Origin: Dehalococcoidales bacterium
GTDB taxonomy: Bacteria > Chloroflexota > Dehalococcoidia > Dehalococcoidales > RBG-16-60-22
DNA length: 60,841 nucleotides
Assembly (NCBI GenBank): GCA_028714335.1
Contig: JAQTMM010000002.1
Location: 1 to 60,841, forward strand
Direction of reading: 5' to 3'
The notes under the pieces were generated by a model. The model had not been told where the DNA came from and did not search any database. It worked only from the letters and a program-made list of their open reading frames with translations. Made by a program: the position numbers and the translations under genes. Below are positions 28,278-36,518 of the stretch, piece by piece. Every line of letters starts with the position of its first letter. The first letter of the stretch is position 1.

Positions 28278-29165
28278 TTATTGCATCGCCTGTCTCATTG
28301 CCGCCTCGATGGCGCGCATATTGGTGATGTAATCTTTAGCCAGCGGGTCGATGATGACCACCTCCCCACCGATTTCGTTAGCCACCGATTCCGCGCTGAC
28401 GGTGCTATATTGCGGCGAGATGAAGACGACTTTAATATCCTTCGCCCTGGCTTCGTTTATCAGCCGCACCAGGTAATCGGCGTTAGGTTCTTTCCCCTCC
28501 TGTTCAATCCCTATCTGTGTCAGGTTATAGTCTTTGGCGAAGTACCCGAAGGCGGGGTGAAACACAATAAAACTGCGGTTGGTCATCCCTTCCAGCGCTG
28601 TCTCTATATCGTTATCCAGTTCCGTCAACTGCGCCAGGTAGCTGCTGCAATTAGCTTCGTAATAGTCCTTGTTGGCGGCGTCCACCTGCACTAGCCCATC
28701 GCAGATATTCTGTACCATTATTTTAGCATTTTTTACGGAAAGCCAGATATGCGGGTCTAGACCCGGTTCATCCGGGTCTTCACTGGCTATCAAATTGATG
28801 CCTTTTGAACAATCCACTACCAGCATATCCTGGTTGACCCCAATTAAATTATCCAACCAGGCAAGCTCGAACTCCACCCCAGAACCTACTTTCGCATACA
28901 TCTTGGCTTTAGAAAGCTGTACCATCTGTTCCGGCGTGACTTCATAGGTGTGCGGCGAGGCACCCGGCGGCACCATGACGACTACCTCCACTTTATCTCC
29001 TCCCACCGCCTCCACAAATCCAGCTTGCGGCAGCAGCGTTACTGCCACTACTGTTTTATCGGTACTCGTAACATCCCCGTTACAGCCCGCGGCCGCTATT
29101 GCCAGCGCCGCTAGCATTAACATGAGTATAACGGGGACGAGTTTAGTGACTATGAAGTGTTTCAT
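28278..29165 (-). CDS. Metal ABC transporter substrate-binding lipoprotein (ZnuA/TroA family)
   Basis: 295 aa with a signal peptide ending in a lipobox-like AIAAAGC. Cluster-9 SBP motifs are present (PGASPHTYE, DPHIW, FHPAFGYF). Confidence 0.85.
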   Translation of the reverse strand: MKHFIVTKLVPVILMLMLAALAIAAAGCNGDVTSTDKTVVAVTLLPQAGFVEAVGGDKVEVVVMVPPGASPHTYEVTPEQMVQLSKAKMYAKVGSGVEFELAWLDNLIGVNQDMLVVDCSKGINLIASEDPDEPGLDPHIWLSVKNAKIMVQNICDGLVQVDAANKDYYEANCSSYLAQLTELDNDIETALEGMTNRSFIVFHPAFGYFAKDYNLTQIGIEQEGKEPNADYLVRLINEARAKDIKVVFISPQYSTVSAESVANEIGGEVVIIDPLAKDYITNMRAIEAAMRQAMQ

Positions 29166-29926
29166 TTTTTCTCCTTATGAAACTTATGGTGCCGTAAAAC
29201 AATCACAACAACACACACTACTATCGCAATTAGCGTAATCCATCGGGCGGTCGGGAAGCCCCCGAGCGTCCAGACGTTTATCTTGAACCCCTCCAGGATA
29301 AACCGCCCGATGCTGTACCAGATGACGTATAAAAAGAAGATATCGCCATCACGCAGACGGTTATACATTTTACGCCCCACCACCATCAGGATGACGAAGC
29401 CTATTAAGTTCCAAAGAAATTCATAGAAAAACATCGGGTGAAAGTAGCTATAGCTTTTGTAGCCCGGCAGCCGGTGCATTGGATCGATGTAAATCGCCCA
29501 GGGTAGGTCGGTTGGGTAGCCGTAAAGCTCCTGGTTAAAGTAGTTGCCCCACCGCCCTATTGCCTGTGCCAGTATCAGTCCCGGCGCTAGTATGTCCAGC
29601 CAGCGTAGCGTGCTGAGTTTTTTCCAGAGAGTATAAATGATAACTCCCAGCACACCCCCGATTATCGCCCCGAAAATACCCAGTCCTTGCCCCCCGATAA
29701 TCAGCCCCGGATTTTGCATGTAATAGTCCCACTGGTCTATCACGTGGTACAAACGCGCCCCGATGATACCTAATGGTAACACCAGCAGCGCCATGCCCAA
29801 GAGTTCGCTGGCTTTTTCTTTCCGCCGGTTCGCCTCTATGACGGCGATGCCCAGCGCCGCTAATACTCCCAAGGCTATCATCACGCCGTACCAGCCGATG
29901 CCGAATCCCGAATCCATTATAGCCAC
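29162..29926 (-). CDS. lgt: Prolipoprotein diacylglyceryl transferase
   Basis: 254 aa and polytopic, with the conserved GRWGNYFNQELYG motif. An ATGA overlap links it to the downstream SBP gene. Confidence 0.9.
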   Translation of the reverse strand: MAIMDSGFGIGWYGVMIALGVLAALGIAVIEANRRKEKASELLGMALLVLPLGIIGARLYHVIDQWDYYMQNPGLIIGGQGLGIFGAIIGGVLGVIIYTLWKKLSTLRWLDILAPGLILAQAIGRWGNYFNQELYGYPTDLPWAIYIDPMHRLPGYKSYSYFHPMFFYEFLWNLIGFVILMVVGRKMYNRLRDGDIFFLYVIWYSIGRFILEGFKINVWTLGGFPTARWITLIAIVVCVVVIVLRHHKFHKEKK

Positions 29927-29991
29927 TCACATTTGATATTCATTTTCATATGAATAAACCATCTCTTTAGTTGACGTTCTCTCCTGGTGAT

Positions 29992-30435
29992 TTATTCCGG
30001 TACATGGCGGCAGTCCGGGCAAACCCCGTACAGCTCCAATAAATGCCCCGTGATATCGAACTTGGTTTCTTTGGTAAGCCTGTTTTCCAGGTCGGCCAGC
30101 GTACAGCCATCAAAGTCCACCACTTTGCCGCACTGCGAACATACCAGGTGGTGATGATGCCCTACCGGACGCCGCATCATGTAAGACCGGCAGCCATCCG
30201 GAGCATGGACGCGGCAGACCAGATTAAGGCTGTTAAGTAGGTCCAGTGTGCGGTAAATCGTCACCAGCCCGATATCCGGGTTTTCCTCGCGGGTTTTGCT
30301 GTATATCGTTTCTGGAGTCATGTGGTCGCTGCTGGCCGCGATGACTTTAAGCACTGCGTGGCGTTGCGGAGTCAGTTTATAACCGTTCTCCCGTAAAATC
30401 CCCGCTATCTTGTTGGCTGTCAGTCTCATATGCAC
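29992..30435 (-). CDS. Fur family transcriptional repressor (Zur-like by context)
   Basis: 147 aa with a wHTH (LTPQRHAVLKVIA), an HHHH patch and two CxxC pairs (CSQCGK, CPDC). It is the first gene of the metal-uptake operon. Confidence 0.85.
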   Translation of the reverse strand: MHMRLTANKIAGILRENGYKLTPQRHAVLKVIAASSDHMTPETIYSKTREENPDIGLVTIYRTLDLLNSLNLVCRVHAPDGCRSYMMRRPVGHHHHLVCSQCGKVVDFDGCTLADLENRLTKETKFDITGHLLELYGVCPDCRHVPE

Positions 30436-30439
30436 TCAC

Positions 30440-30460
30440 AATTGAAAATTGTTTTCAATT
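30440..30460. promoter_or_regulatory. Fur-family box (9-3-9 palindrome) immediately upstream of the Fur-family gene
   Basis: AATTGAAAA-TTG-TTTTCAATT, with perfect 9-bp arms, 5 nt upstream of the start codon at 30435. Confidence 0.55.
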
Positions 30461-30563
30461 ATAAATAAAATATATCACCACGCTTTTTACTTGTCAAGGG
30501 AAAAAACCAAGGGGGTGGGCTTTAGGGTTGCCTACCCCCTACCTTCTTGGGATTTATCTTTGC

Positions 30564-31589
30564 TTAGCTGTTTTTCTGCGACTGCAGTGTGTGTCTTTGT
30601 ATGAAATTTACCATCATATTCGCGATAATCGGGTCAAACTGCGTGCCGCTGTACCACCTGATTTCGTCTACCGCCTCCGAGACTGTTAAAGCCTTGCGGT
30701 AAGGTCGGTCGGAAGTCATGGCGTGATAGGCGTCGGCCAGCGCGATAATCCTCGCCCCGATGGGTATATCGTTGCCTTTTATCGTCTGGTCCAGCCCGCC
30801 GCCGTCGTAATGGTCGTGGTGGTGGGAAATTATATCCACTACCCTGTCGTTGACAAAGGGCTTAACCAGATTAGGCCCGATGACGGCGTGGGCCATAATG
30901 TGGCGGTACTCGCTGGGGGTCAACTCGCTGGGTTTGTTCAGGATATTCGGATCTACCGCAATTTTACCGACGTCGTGCAGCAGAGCCGCCCAGTGCAAAT
31001 CGTCCATCTCGTCGGATTTCAATTTCATCTGCTCGCCCAGCTTCAGGGTTATCTCAGCCACGGCTTCGGAGTGCCCCGCCGTATAACTGTCTTTAGCTTC
31101 CAGCGTATTGATTAAAGCTTGAATCGACCCGAAGAAAAAGCGCCGCGGGTCATTTTTGTTTTCGTTGATTTCCCGGCTTAACTCACTGAAGTAGTGGCTG
31201 ATATCCAGCGCTACGCGCCTCTTATCCAATGTGCCGTTGACGCTGGCTAGCACCTGCTCGAAGCGGAAAGGCTTGCTTAAGTAGTCCTGCGCGCCATCCT
31301 GGATGCATTTAGCGATGACCTTGGGGTCGCTGACGCCGCTGGCCATGATTACCGCCGTATCCGGGAAGTTCCTGGTAATCTCCGGCAATACCTCACTGCC
31401 CATTCTGCCCGGCATGTTGATGTCCATAATTACCAGGTCGCTGGGGCCTTTTTCCAGTTTCTTTAATGCCTGGTCGCCGTCTTCGGCTTCGTCGCAAACG
31501 TAGCCGCGCGCTCCCAGCCCCATTGAGAGGATGCTACGAATTGATTCTTCGTCATCGACCAGTAAAATTTTCTCTTTAGGTTCGGTCAT
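30564..31589 (-). CDS. Response regulator with HD-GYP-type phosphohydrolase domain
   Basis: It has a REC domain (ILLVDDE...DLVIMDINMPG) and an HD domain (LLHDVGKI, HHHDHYDGGG). The ATG at 31589 is preceded by AGGAGG 7 nt upstream, so I prefer it to the ORF-track start at 31622. Confidence 0.85.
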   Translation of the reverse strand: MTEPKEKILLVDDEESIRSILSMGLGARGYVCDEAEDGDQALKKLEKGPSDLVIMDINMPGRMGSEVLPEITRNFPDTAVIMASGVSDPKVIAKCIQDGAQDYLSKPFRFEQVLASVNGTLDKRRVALDISHYFSELSREINENKNDPRRFFFGSIQALINTLEAKDSYTAGHSEAVAEITLKLGEQMKLKSDEMDDLHWAALLHDVGKIAVDPNILNKPSELTPSEYRHIMAHAVIGPNLVKPFVNDRVVDIISHHHDHYDGGGLDQTIKGNDIPIGARIIALADAYHAMTSDRPYRKALTVSEAVDEIRWYSGTQFDPIIANMMVNFIQRHTLQSQKNS

Positions 31590-31749
31590 CTTGCCGCCTC
31601 CTGGCGTAGTATTATCAACCATACGCCGATATTTTACGTTTTGGGGGCTAAATAAGGCGTTAATTTACCTCGCCGCTACGTAAACAAAACGTAAAAATTT
31701 AGGAGGGGAAAATAGAGTAAAAAGTGGCACTTTAAGGGCTAGAGACTAG

Positions 31750-32328
31750 CTATTTCAGCGTCACAGCGCCGAGCCGGCTGTATATCGGCCCCTCGCGCGT
31801 CAGGACGCTTTTCATCAGGTTGAGGGATGTAACGTTTATGACGTGTTTCTCTTCAAAATCAGCTTCGGAGACCAACCGCCCCAGCCTCTGTCGTTCTTCG
31901 GGGCGGGCAAAGTCGCGCACCCTCGCCAGCGTCAGGTGGGGGGTAAACGGGCGGTTTTCGGGCATAAAGCCCAATGGCTTTAGGTTCGTTTCGAGTTTTT
32001 TTTGCAGATCGCCCAGTTTTTCCAATTCTCCATGAAGTCCCACCCATACTATCTGGATGCGGTTCATGTTGGGGAACACCCCCAACCCCTTAACCTCTAT
32101 ATTGAACGACGCGGCGCCTTTAACGGCCTCTTCCATCGCTTTGAGTATTCCCTCGACGCTGTCTGCGTCAACGTCCCCGAGGAACTTTAGCGTGAGGTGT
32201 ATATTGCCGGGATCAACCCACTTTACCGGCAGACTGCCCGACTTTTTGAACTTGTTTTGCAGGTCTGACAGCGCTTTTTTAACTTCTTCCGGCAGTTCGA
32301 TGGCGATGAACGAGCGTATCTTTTCCAT
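31750..32328 (-). CDS. thpR: RNA 2',3'-cyclic phosphodiesterase (2H phosphoesterase, ThpR/LigT)
   Basis: 192 aa with the two HxTx motifs HLTLKF and HLTLAR. Confidence 0.85.
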   Translation of the reverse strand: MEKIRSFIAIELPEEVKKALSDLQNKFKKSGSLPVKWVDPGNIHLTLKFLGDVDADSVEGILKAMEEAVKGAASFNIEVKGLGVFPNMNRIQIVWVGLHGELEKLGDLQKKLETNLKPLGFMPENRPFTPHLTLARVRDFARPEERQRLGRLVSEADFEEKHVINVTSLNLMKSVLTREGPIYSRLGAVTLK

Positions 32329-32329
32329 C

Positions 32330-33169
32330 TTAAATACCCAGCAGGCGTTTTACGTTGCCGTAAAGGATTTTCTCTTTGTCTTCCTTCTTCAGGTCGGCGT
32401 CTTTAATCTCGTTATACACCTTGGCCTGACCGATTACCGGAAAGTCACTCCCAAAGAGAATTTTCTCTACCCCGACTATCTTACTGACGCTTTGGTAAAT
32501 CTCCGGTTTATAGAGGTACGGCGATATCGCTGTATCGAAGTACACGCTTTCTAACGCATGCTTTACCTCCGGCATCAGCGCGTAGAAAGGCAGTCCTCCG
32601 CCCCAGTGCGCGCACACCACCGGCAATTCCGTAAAATGGGAAACGAAGTTCAGGAGTAAATCCGGCGTGGCTTTACCTTTACCGGGGTATAAATGCCCCA
32701 CCGGCTCTGTAGAATGGGTGGAAACGATTAATTTATGCTTCTTAATTATGTCAACAAAAGGCTTGATGATGTTTTCTTTGGTGTAATCTATTCCCAGCGT
32801 ATCCGGCCTTAACTCACCTACGCCCCTTATCCCTCCACACGCGCACCGCTCTATCTCCTTCAATGAGGCGTCGTCGGTGTAGGAACTCACGGCACATAAG
32901 CCAATCAGCCGTTTGGGGTACTTCGCCACCGACTCCAATATATAGTCGTTGGTCAACGCGCAGAAATCGTGGGTCGTCCACTGGTAGTTGACAATAACGG
33001 AAACATCAACCTCATCCCTGTCCATGCTTTCGATGAGGTCTTCTGCCGTGGCAATCTTGACCTTGTCGCCGGAGTATATTGCGTTGAAAGCCTTATCCCA
33101 TGACGTGTACTGGCTGCAGTTGCTCTTTACCTGTGGCGGCAATACATGCGTGTGACAATCAATAATCAT
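32330..33169 (-). CDS. Amidohydrolase-fold metal-dependent hydrolase
   Basis: 279 aa with an N-terminal IIDCHTHV motif, then later STHS and FGSDFP. Confidence 0.7.
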   Translation of the reverse strand: MIIDCHTHVLPPQVKSNCSQYTSWDKAFNAIYSGDKVKIATAEDLIESMDRDEVDVSVIVNYQWTTHDFCALTNDYILESVAKYPKRLIGLCAVSSYTDDASLKEIERCACGGIRGVGELRPDTLGIDYTKENIIKPFVDIIKKHKLIVSTHSTEPVGHLYPGKGKATPDLLLNFVSHFTELPVVCAHWGGGLPFYALMPEVKHALESVYFDTAISPYLYKPEIYQSVSKIVGVEKILFGSDFPVIGQAKVYNEIKDADLKKEDKEKILYGNVKRLLGI

Positions 33170-33205
33170 CTCTAACCGCAGACCCGCAGCGTAAACAGGT
33201 TGGGC

Positions 33206-33919
33206 TTATTCTTTCTTGTCCGAGGCTTTGTCGGCTCCGCCTTCGGGCTTTGCAGCGCCCTCGGCGCCTTCTTCGCCTTCAGCGCCTTCTGCACCCTCAG
33301 CGCCTTCTTCGCCTTCAGCGCCTTCAACTGCCGCTACCGGTCTCTCTTCTTCAACTCTGATAGTGATTTCGGATACCTTAACCACCAGCAGTTCCGGGTC
33401 GTCGTTGACGGTGATTTCCGGGTCCAGTTGAATATCTTTGATGAAGATGGAATCGTCGAGTTCTAACAATGTGCTGATATCCACTTCGATTTGCGGAGGC
33501 ACTTTCTCCGGTAAACATTCCAAACTTAATACGGTCGTGCCGCGTGATAGGATGCGTCCTTTACCCTTTAATGCCGGTGCTTCGCCGATGAGGACGATAG
33601 GCACGTCCATCGTCATCTTCTCGTCCTTGCGCACCTGATAAAAGTCCACGTGGAGGAGTTCGCGGGTCAGGGCGTTTTTCTGGATTTCGCGTAAGAAGAC
33701 GTTTTTGGGTTCTTTATCGCCTTCAACGTCCAGACTGATGAGACGCGTCGTTCCGGCGCGCGCGATTATTTTCTTCAGCTCGGTAGTGTCGCACTGCAGA
33801 GTTATTGATTCTAAACTGCGTCCGAAGAGATGCGCCGGCGTCTTGCCTTCGCGGCGTAAGAATCTGGTCCGTTTACCGAGCACGTCTCTTTTACTAGCTT
33901 TTATCTTAAGTTCCTGCAT
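33206..33919 (-). CDS. rplY: 50S ribosomal protein L25/general stress protein Ctc, with acidic repeat tail
   Basis: 237 aa. The N-terminal segment LKIKASKRDVLGKRTRFLRREGKTPAHL and the two-domain Ctc form are recognisable. The C-terminus is an EGAEGEEGAEGAEGAEGEEGAEGA repeat. Confidence 0.9.
   Translation of the reverse strand: MQELKIKASKRDVLGKRTRFLRREGKTPAHLFGRSLESITLQCDTTELKKIIARAGTTRLISLDVEGDKEPKNVFLREIQKNALTRELLHVDFYQVRKDEKMTMDVPIVLIGEAPALKGKGRILSRGTTVLSLECLPEKVPPQIEVDISTLLELDDSIFIKDIQLDPEITVNDDPELLVVKVSEITIRVEEERPVAAVEGAEGEEGAEGAEGAEGEEGAEGAAKPEGGADKASDKKE
33264..33325. repeat. In-frame 36-bp tandem duplication inside the L25 tail
   Basis: GCGCCTTCTTCGCCTTCAGCGCCTTC occurs at 33264-33289 and again at 33300-33325. 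The period is 36 bp, or 12 codons. Confidence 0.7.
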
Positions 33920-34071
33920 GTAATTACCTCTCTCTTAACCTTACAAATTTACCATAAACAGCCCCAAAAATCAATCTTATAGCTACAAAATGTTCCAGTA
34001 AAATCCCTTTGCTCTGCACCGCCCGTCCGCCCCATGATATAATTGAAACATACTGATTTTAGGGGTAAAAC

Positions 34072-35463
34072 GTGTTTAAGAAAATCCTTATCGCTAACCG
34101 TGGCGAAATCGCCGTAAGAATTATCAGGACCTGCCGCGAGATGGGAATCACCGCCGCCACCGTCTATTCGGATGCCGACGCCGACTCCCTTCACGTCCGC
34201 CTCGCCGATGAAGCCTATCCCATCGGCGCCCCAGAGTCTGCTAATTCTTACCTTAATACAAAGAAGATTTTAGAGGTCGCACGTGAAAGCCAGTCCGACG
34301 CTATTCATCCCGGCTACGGCTTTTTGGCGGAGAATCCTATATTTGTTGAGGCCTGTGAAAAACAGGGGCTGACCTTTATCGGTCCCTCCTCCAAAGCCAT
34401 GTACACCGTCAAGCCCAAGTTTGCCGCCCGCAACATGATGAAACTCCTAAATATCCCCGTCGTCCCCGGCCACGACCAGGTGCTGACCGGCGAGACTAAA
34501 AAGAACGAGCGCCGCATCAAGCAAGTCGCCGAGGACATCGGTTACCCCGTTATCGTTAAGCCTTCGGGCGGCGGCGGCGGCATCGGCATGACCATCGCCC
34601 ATAACCAGGACGAATTAGGTAAAGCCGTCCACTTCGTTGAAGAGCGGGGGCAGAAAAACTTTGGTATTTCTTCCTTTTACGTGGAAAAGTACCTCCCCCG
34701 CATGAAGCACATCGAGTTTCAGGTGCTGGCGGATAAGTACGGCAATGTCATCCACCTCGGCGAGCGTGACTGCTCAATCCAGCGACGCTTTCAGAAACTG
34801 ATTGAGGAAGCCCCCTGCTCCATATTGTCCCCCCACCTCCGCATGAAAATGGGCGCCGCCGCTTTAGATATCGCTATGGCGATGAAATACGTCAACGCCA
34901 TGACTGTCGAGTTCTTTTTCATCCCGGAAACCCAGGAGTTCTATTTCAACGAGGTCAACACCCGCCTCCAAGTGGAGCACTGCGTTACCGAGATGATTAC
35001 CGATGTTGATATCGTAAAGGAGCAGATAAAAATCGCCGCCGGCGAGAGGCTTTCCTACACCCAGGACGATATCCCCCGCCGCGGTTGGGCGATTGAGTGC
35101 CGTATTACCGCCGAGAATGCGGCGTTTAACTTCCTCCCCTCCCCCGGACAAATTACCAGTCTGCATCTGCCCCGCGGACTCGGCTTGCGCATTGACGAGG
35201 GTATTTACGAAGGTTACACCGTTCCCTTCTACTACGATCCCCTGCTGTGCAAGATGATGACCTGGGGTAAATCCCGCGAAGAAGCTATTAAGCGCATGCA
35301 GCGGGCGATTAATGAAACACGCATCGAGGGCATCATTACCAATATACCATTTCATCAGGTGGCTCTGGCCGACGAGGAATTTAACAGCGGCAACCATGCC
35401 ACCGACTTTATAGAAAAACGCGAAATTATTAAGAAAGTGCGCGAACTGATTAAGAAAGCTTAA
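34072..35463 (+). CDS. accC: Biotin carboxylase (AccC / pyruvate carboxylase subunit A type)
   Basis: 463 aa with a GTG start. It has the N-terminal segment KILIANRGEIAVRIIRTCREMGI, an ATP-grasp domain and the EVNTRLQVEH motif. No BCCP or carboxyltransferase gene is adjacent. Confidence 0.9.
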   Translation: MFKKILIANRGEIAVRIIRTCREMGITAATVYSDADADSLHVRLADEAYPIGAPESANSYLNTKKILEVARESQSDAIHPGYGFLAENPIFVEACEKQGLTFIGPSSKAMYTVKPKFAARNMMKLLNIPVVPGHDQVLTGETKKNERRIKQVAEDIGYPVIVKPSGGGGGIGMTIAHNQDELGKAVHFVEERGQKNFGISSFYVEKYLPRMKHIEFQVLADKYGNVIHLGERDCSIQRRFQKLIEEAPCSILSPHLRMKMGAAALDIAMAMKYVNAMTVEFFFIPETQEFYFNEVNTRLQVEHCVTEMITDVDIVKEQIKIAAGERLSYTQDDIPRRGWAIECRITAENAAFNFLPSPGQITSLHLPRGLGLRIDEGIYEGYTVPFYYDPLLCKMMTWGKSREEAIKRMQRAINETRIEGIITNIPFHQVALADEEFNSGNHATDFIEKREIIKKVRELIKKA

Positions 35464-35465
35464 GA

Positions 35466-36497
35466 ATGACACAGAAAACGTTTTATATTCCACCCTTCTC
35501 TCCGGAAAGAATTATTGCCTTAAGAGAAGCCGCCTTTGCCTGTGACTTATTCATCACGGCGGTCAGCCACTTCGACTTTTTTAACTGGCTGGCAAAGAAA
35601 CCGGCGGATATAACCACCGTTTGCCGCGAGCTTAAGATAAAGCCCCGGCCCGCCGACGTTATGCTGACACTCTTTAAAGCCTACGGCTTCATCGTTGAAA
35701 AAGCGGGTAAATATTATTTGACTGATACCGCCAAACACTACCTGCTTAAAAAGTCCGGTTTTGATTTATCGTCTTATGTAGCCTCATTAAAGAACCGCCC
35801 CATCTGCGACGACATGAAAAAGGTATTGCTGACCGGTAAGCCCGCCAACTGGGCCGCCGCTAAAGAAGGCAAAGACTGGGCGGCCGCTATGGAAGACGAC
35901 GCCTTCGCCGAATCTTTTACCGCCGGCATGAACAGCCGCGGTGCTTACCTGTCGAGTGGCGTAGTCAAAGCCCTAAACCTGAAGAAACACCAGAAGCTCC
36001 TCGACATAGGCGGCGCTTCCGGCATTTACGCCTGCGCTTTAGTTACCGCCAATCCCCACCTGACCGCCGCCGTCTTTGAAAAGCCCCCCGTAGATAAAGT
36101 AGCTGCTTACTCCATAAAAAAAATGAAACTCACGAGCAAAATCGGGGTGGTTGCCGGGGACGTCTTTAAAGATCCCCTCCCCGACGGCTATGATGTTCAT
36201 TTTATTTCCCACGTCCTCCACGACTGGGATTTACCGAAAGTCAAGAAAATCCTGCGTAATTCTTTTAAGCACCTAGCGCCCGGCGGCATCATTGTCCTCC
36301 ACGACGCCCATATCAATAAAGACAAATCCAGCCCCCTCTCCGTCGCCGAGTATTCCGTGCTCCTTATGTTCCTTTCGGAGGGAAAATGTTACTCCACCGG
36401 CGAGATGCAGGAACTGCTTTCTGAAGCCGGGTTTGGTGATATCAAGCAAAAATCCACCATTCTTAACCGCAGCATTATCACTGCGCGTAAAAAGTAA
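35466..36497 (+). CDS. Class I SAM-dependent O-methyltransferase (COMT/PF00891-like, with N-terminal dimerisation wHTH)
   Basis: 343 aa with the SAM motif LLDIGGASG and the catalytic-region HVLHDW. It starts 2 nt after the accC stop codon. Confidence 0.75.
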   Translation: MTQKTFYIPPFSPERIIALREAAFACDLFITAVSHFDFFNWLAKKPADITTVCRELKIKPRPADVMLTLFKAYGFIVEKAGKYYLTDTAKHYLLKKSGFDLSSYVASLKNRPICDDMKKVLLTGKPANWAAAKEGKDWAAAMEDDAFAESFTAGMNSRGAYLSSGVVKALNLKKHQKLLDIGGASGIYACALVTANPHLTAAVFEKPPVDKVAAYSIKKMKLTSKIGVVAGDVFKDPLPDGYDVHFISHVLHDWDLPKVKKILRNSFKHLAPGGIIVLHDAHINKDKSSPLSVAEYSVLLMFLSEGKCYSTGEMQELLSEAGFGDIKQKSTILNRSIITARKK

Positions 36498-36518
36498 TGG
36501 ACTTAATAGTTTTTTTCA

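Noticed and set aside
29535-29930. 131-aa alternative-frame ORF on the same strand as lgt
   Set aside because: The lgt frame carries the conserved GRWGNYFNQELYG motif and TM helices. The alternative frame is Arg/Gly-rich nonsense.
33250-33335. Short tandem repeats that might suggest a CRISPR or VNTR locus
   Set aside because: The repeats are in frame inside the L25 coding sequence, have a 36-bp period and have no unique spacers. They encode a low-complexity tail and are not a CRISPR array.
34864-35493. 209-aa minus-strand ORF
   Set aside because: It is entirely antisense to the well-supported biotin carboxylase gene and has no recognisable motifs.
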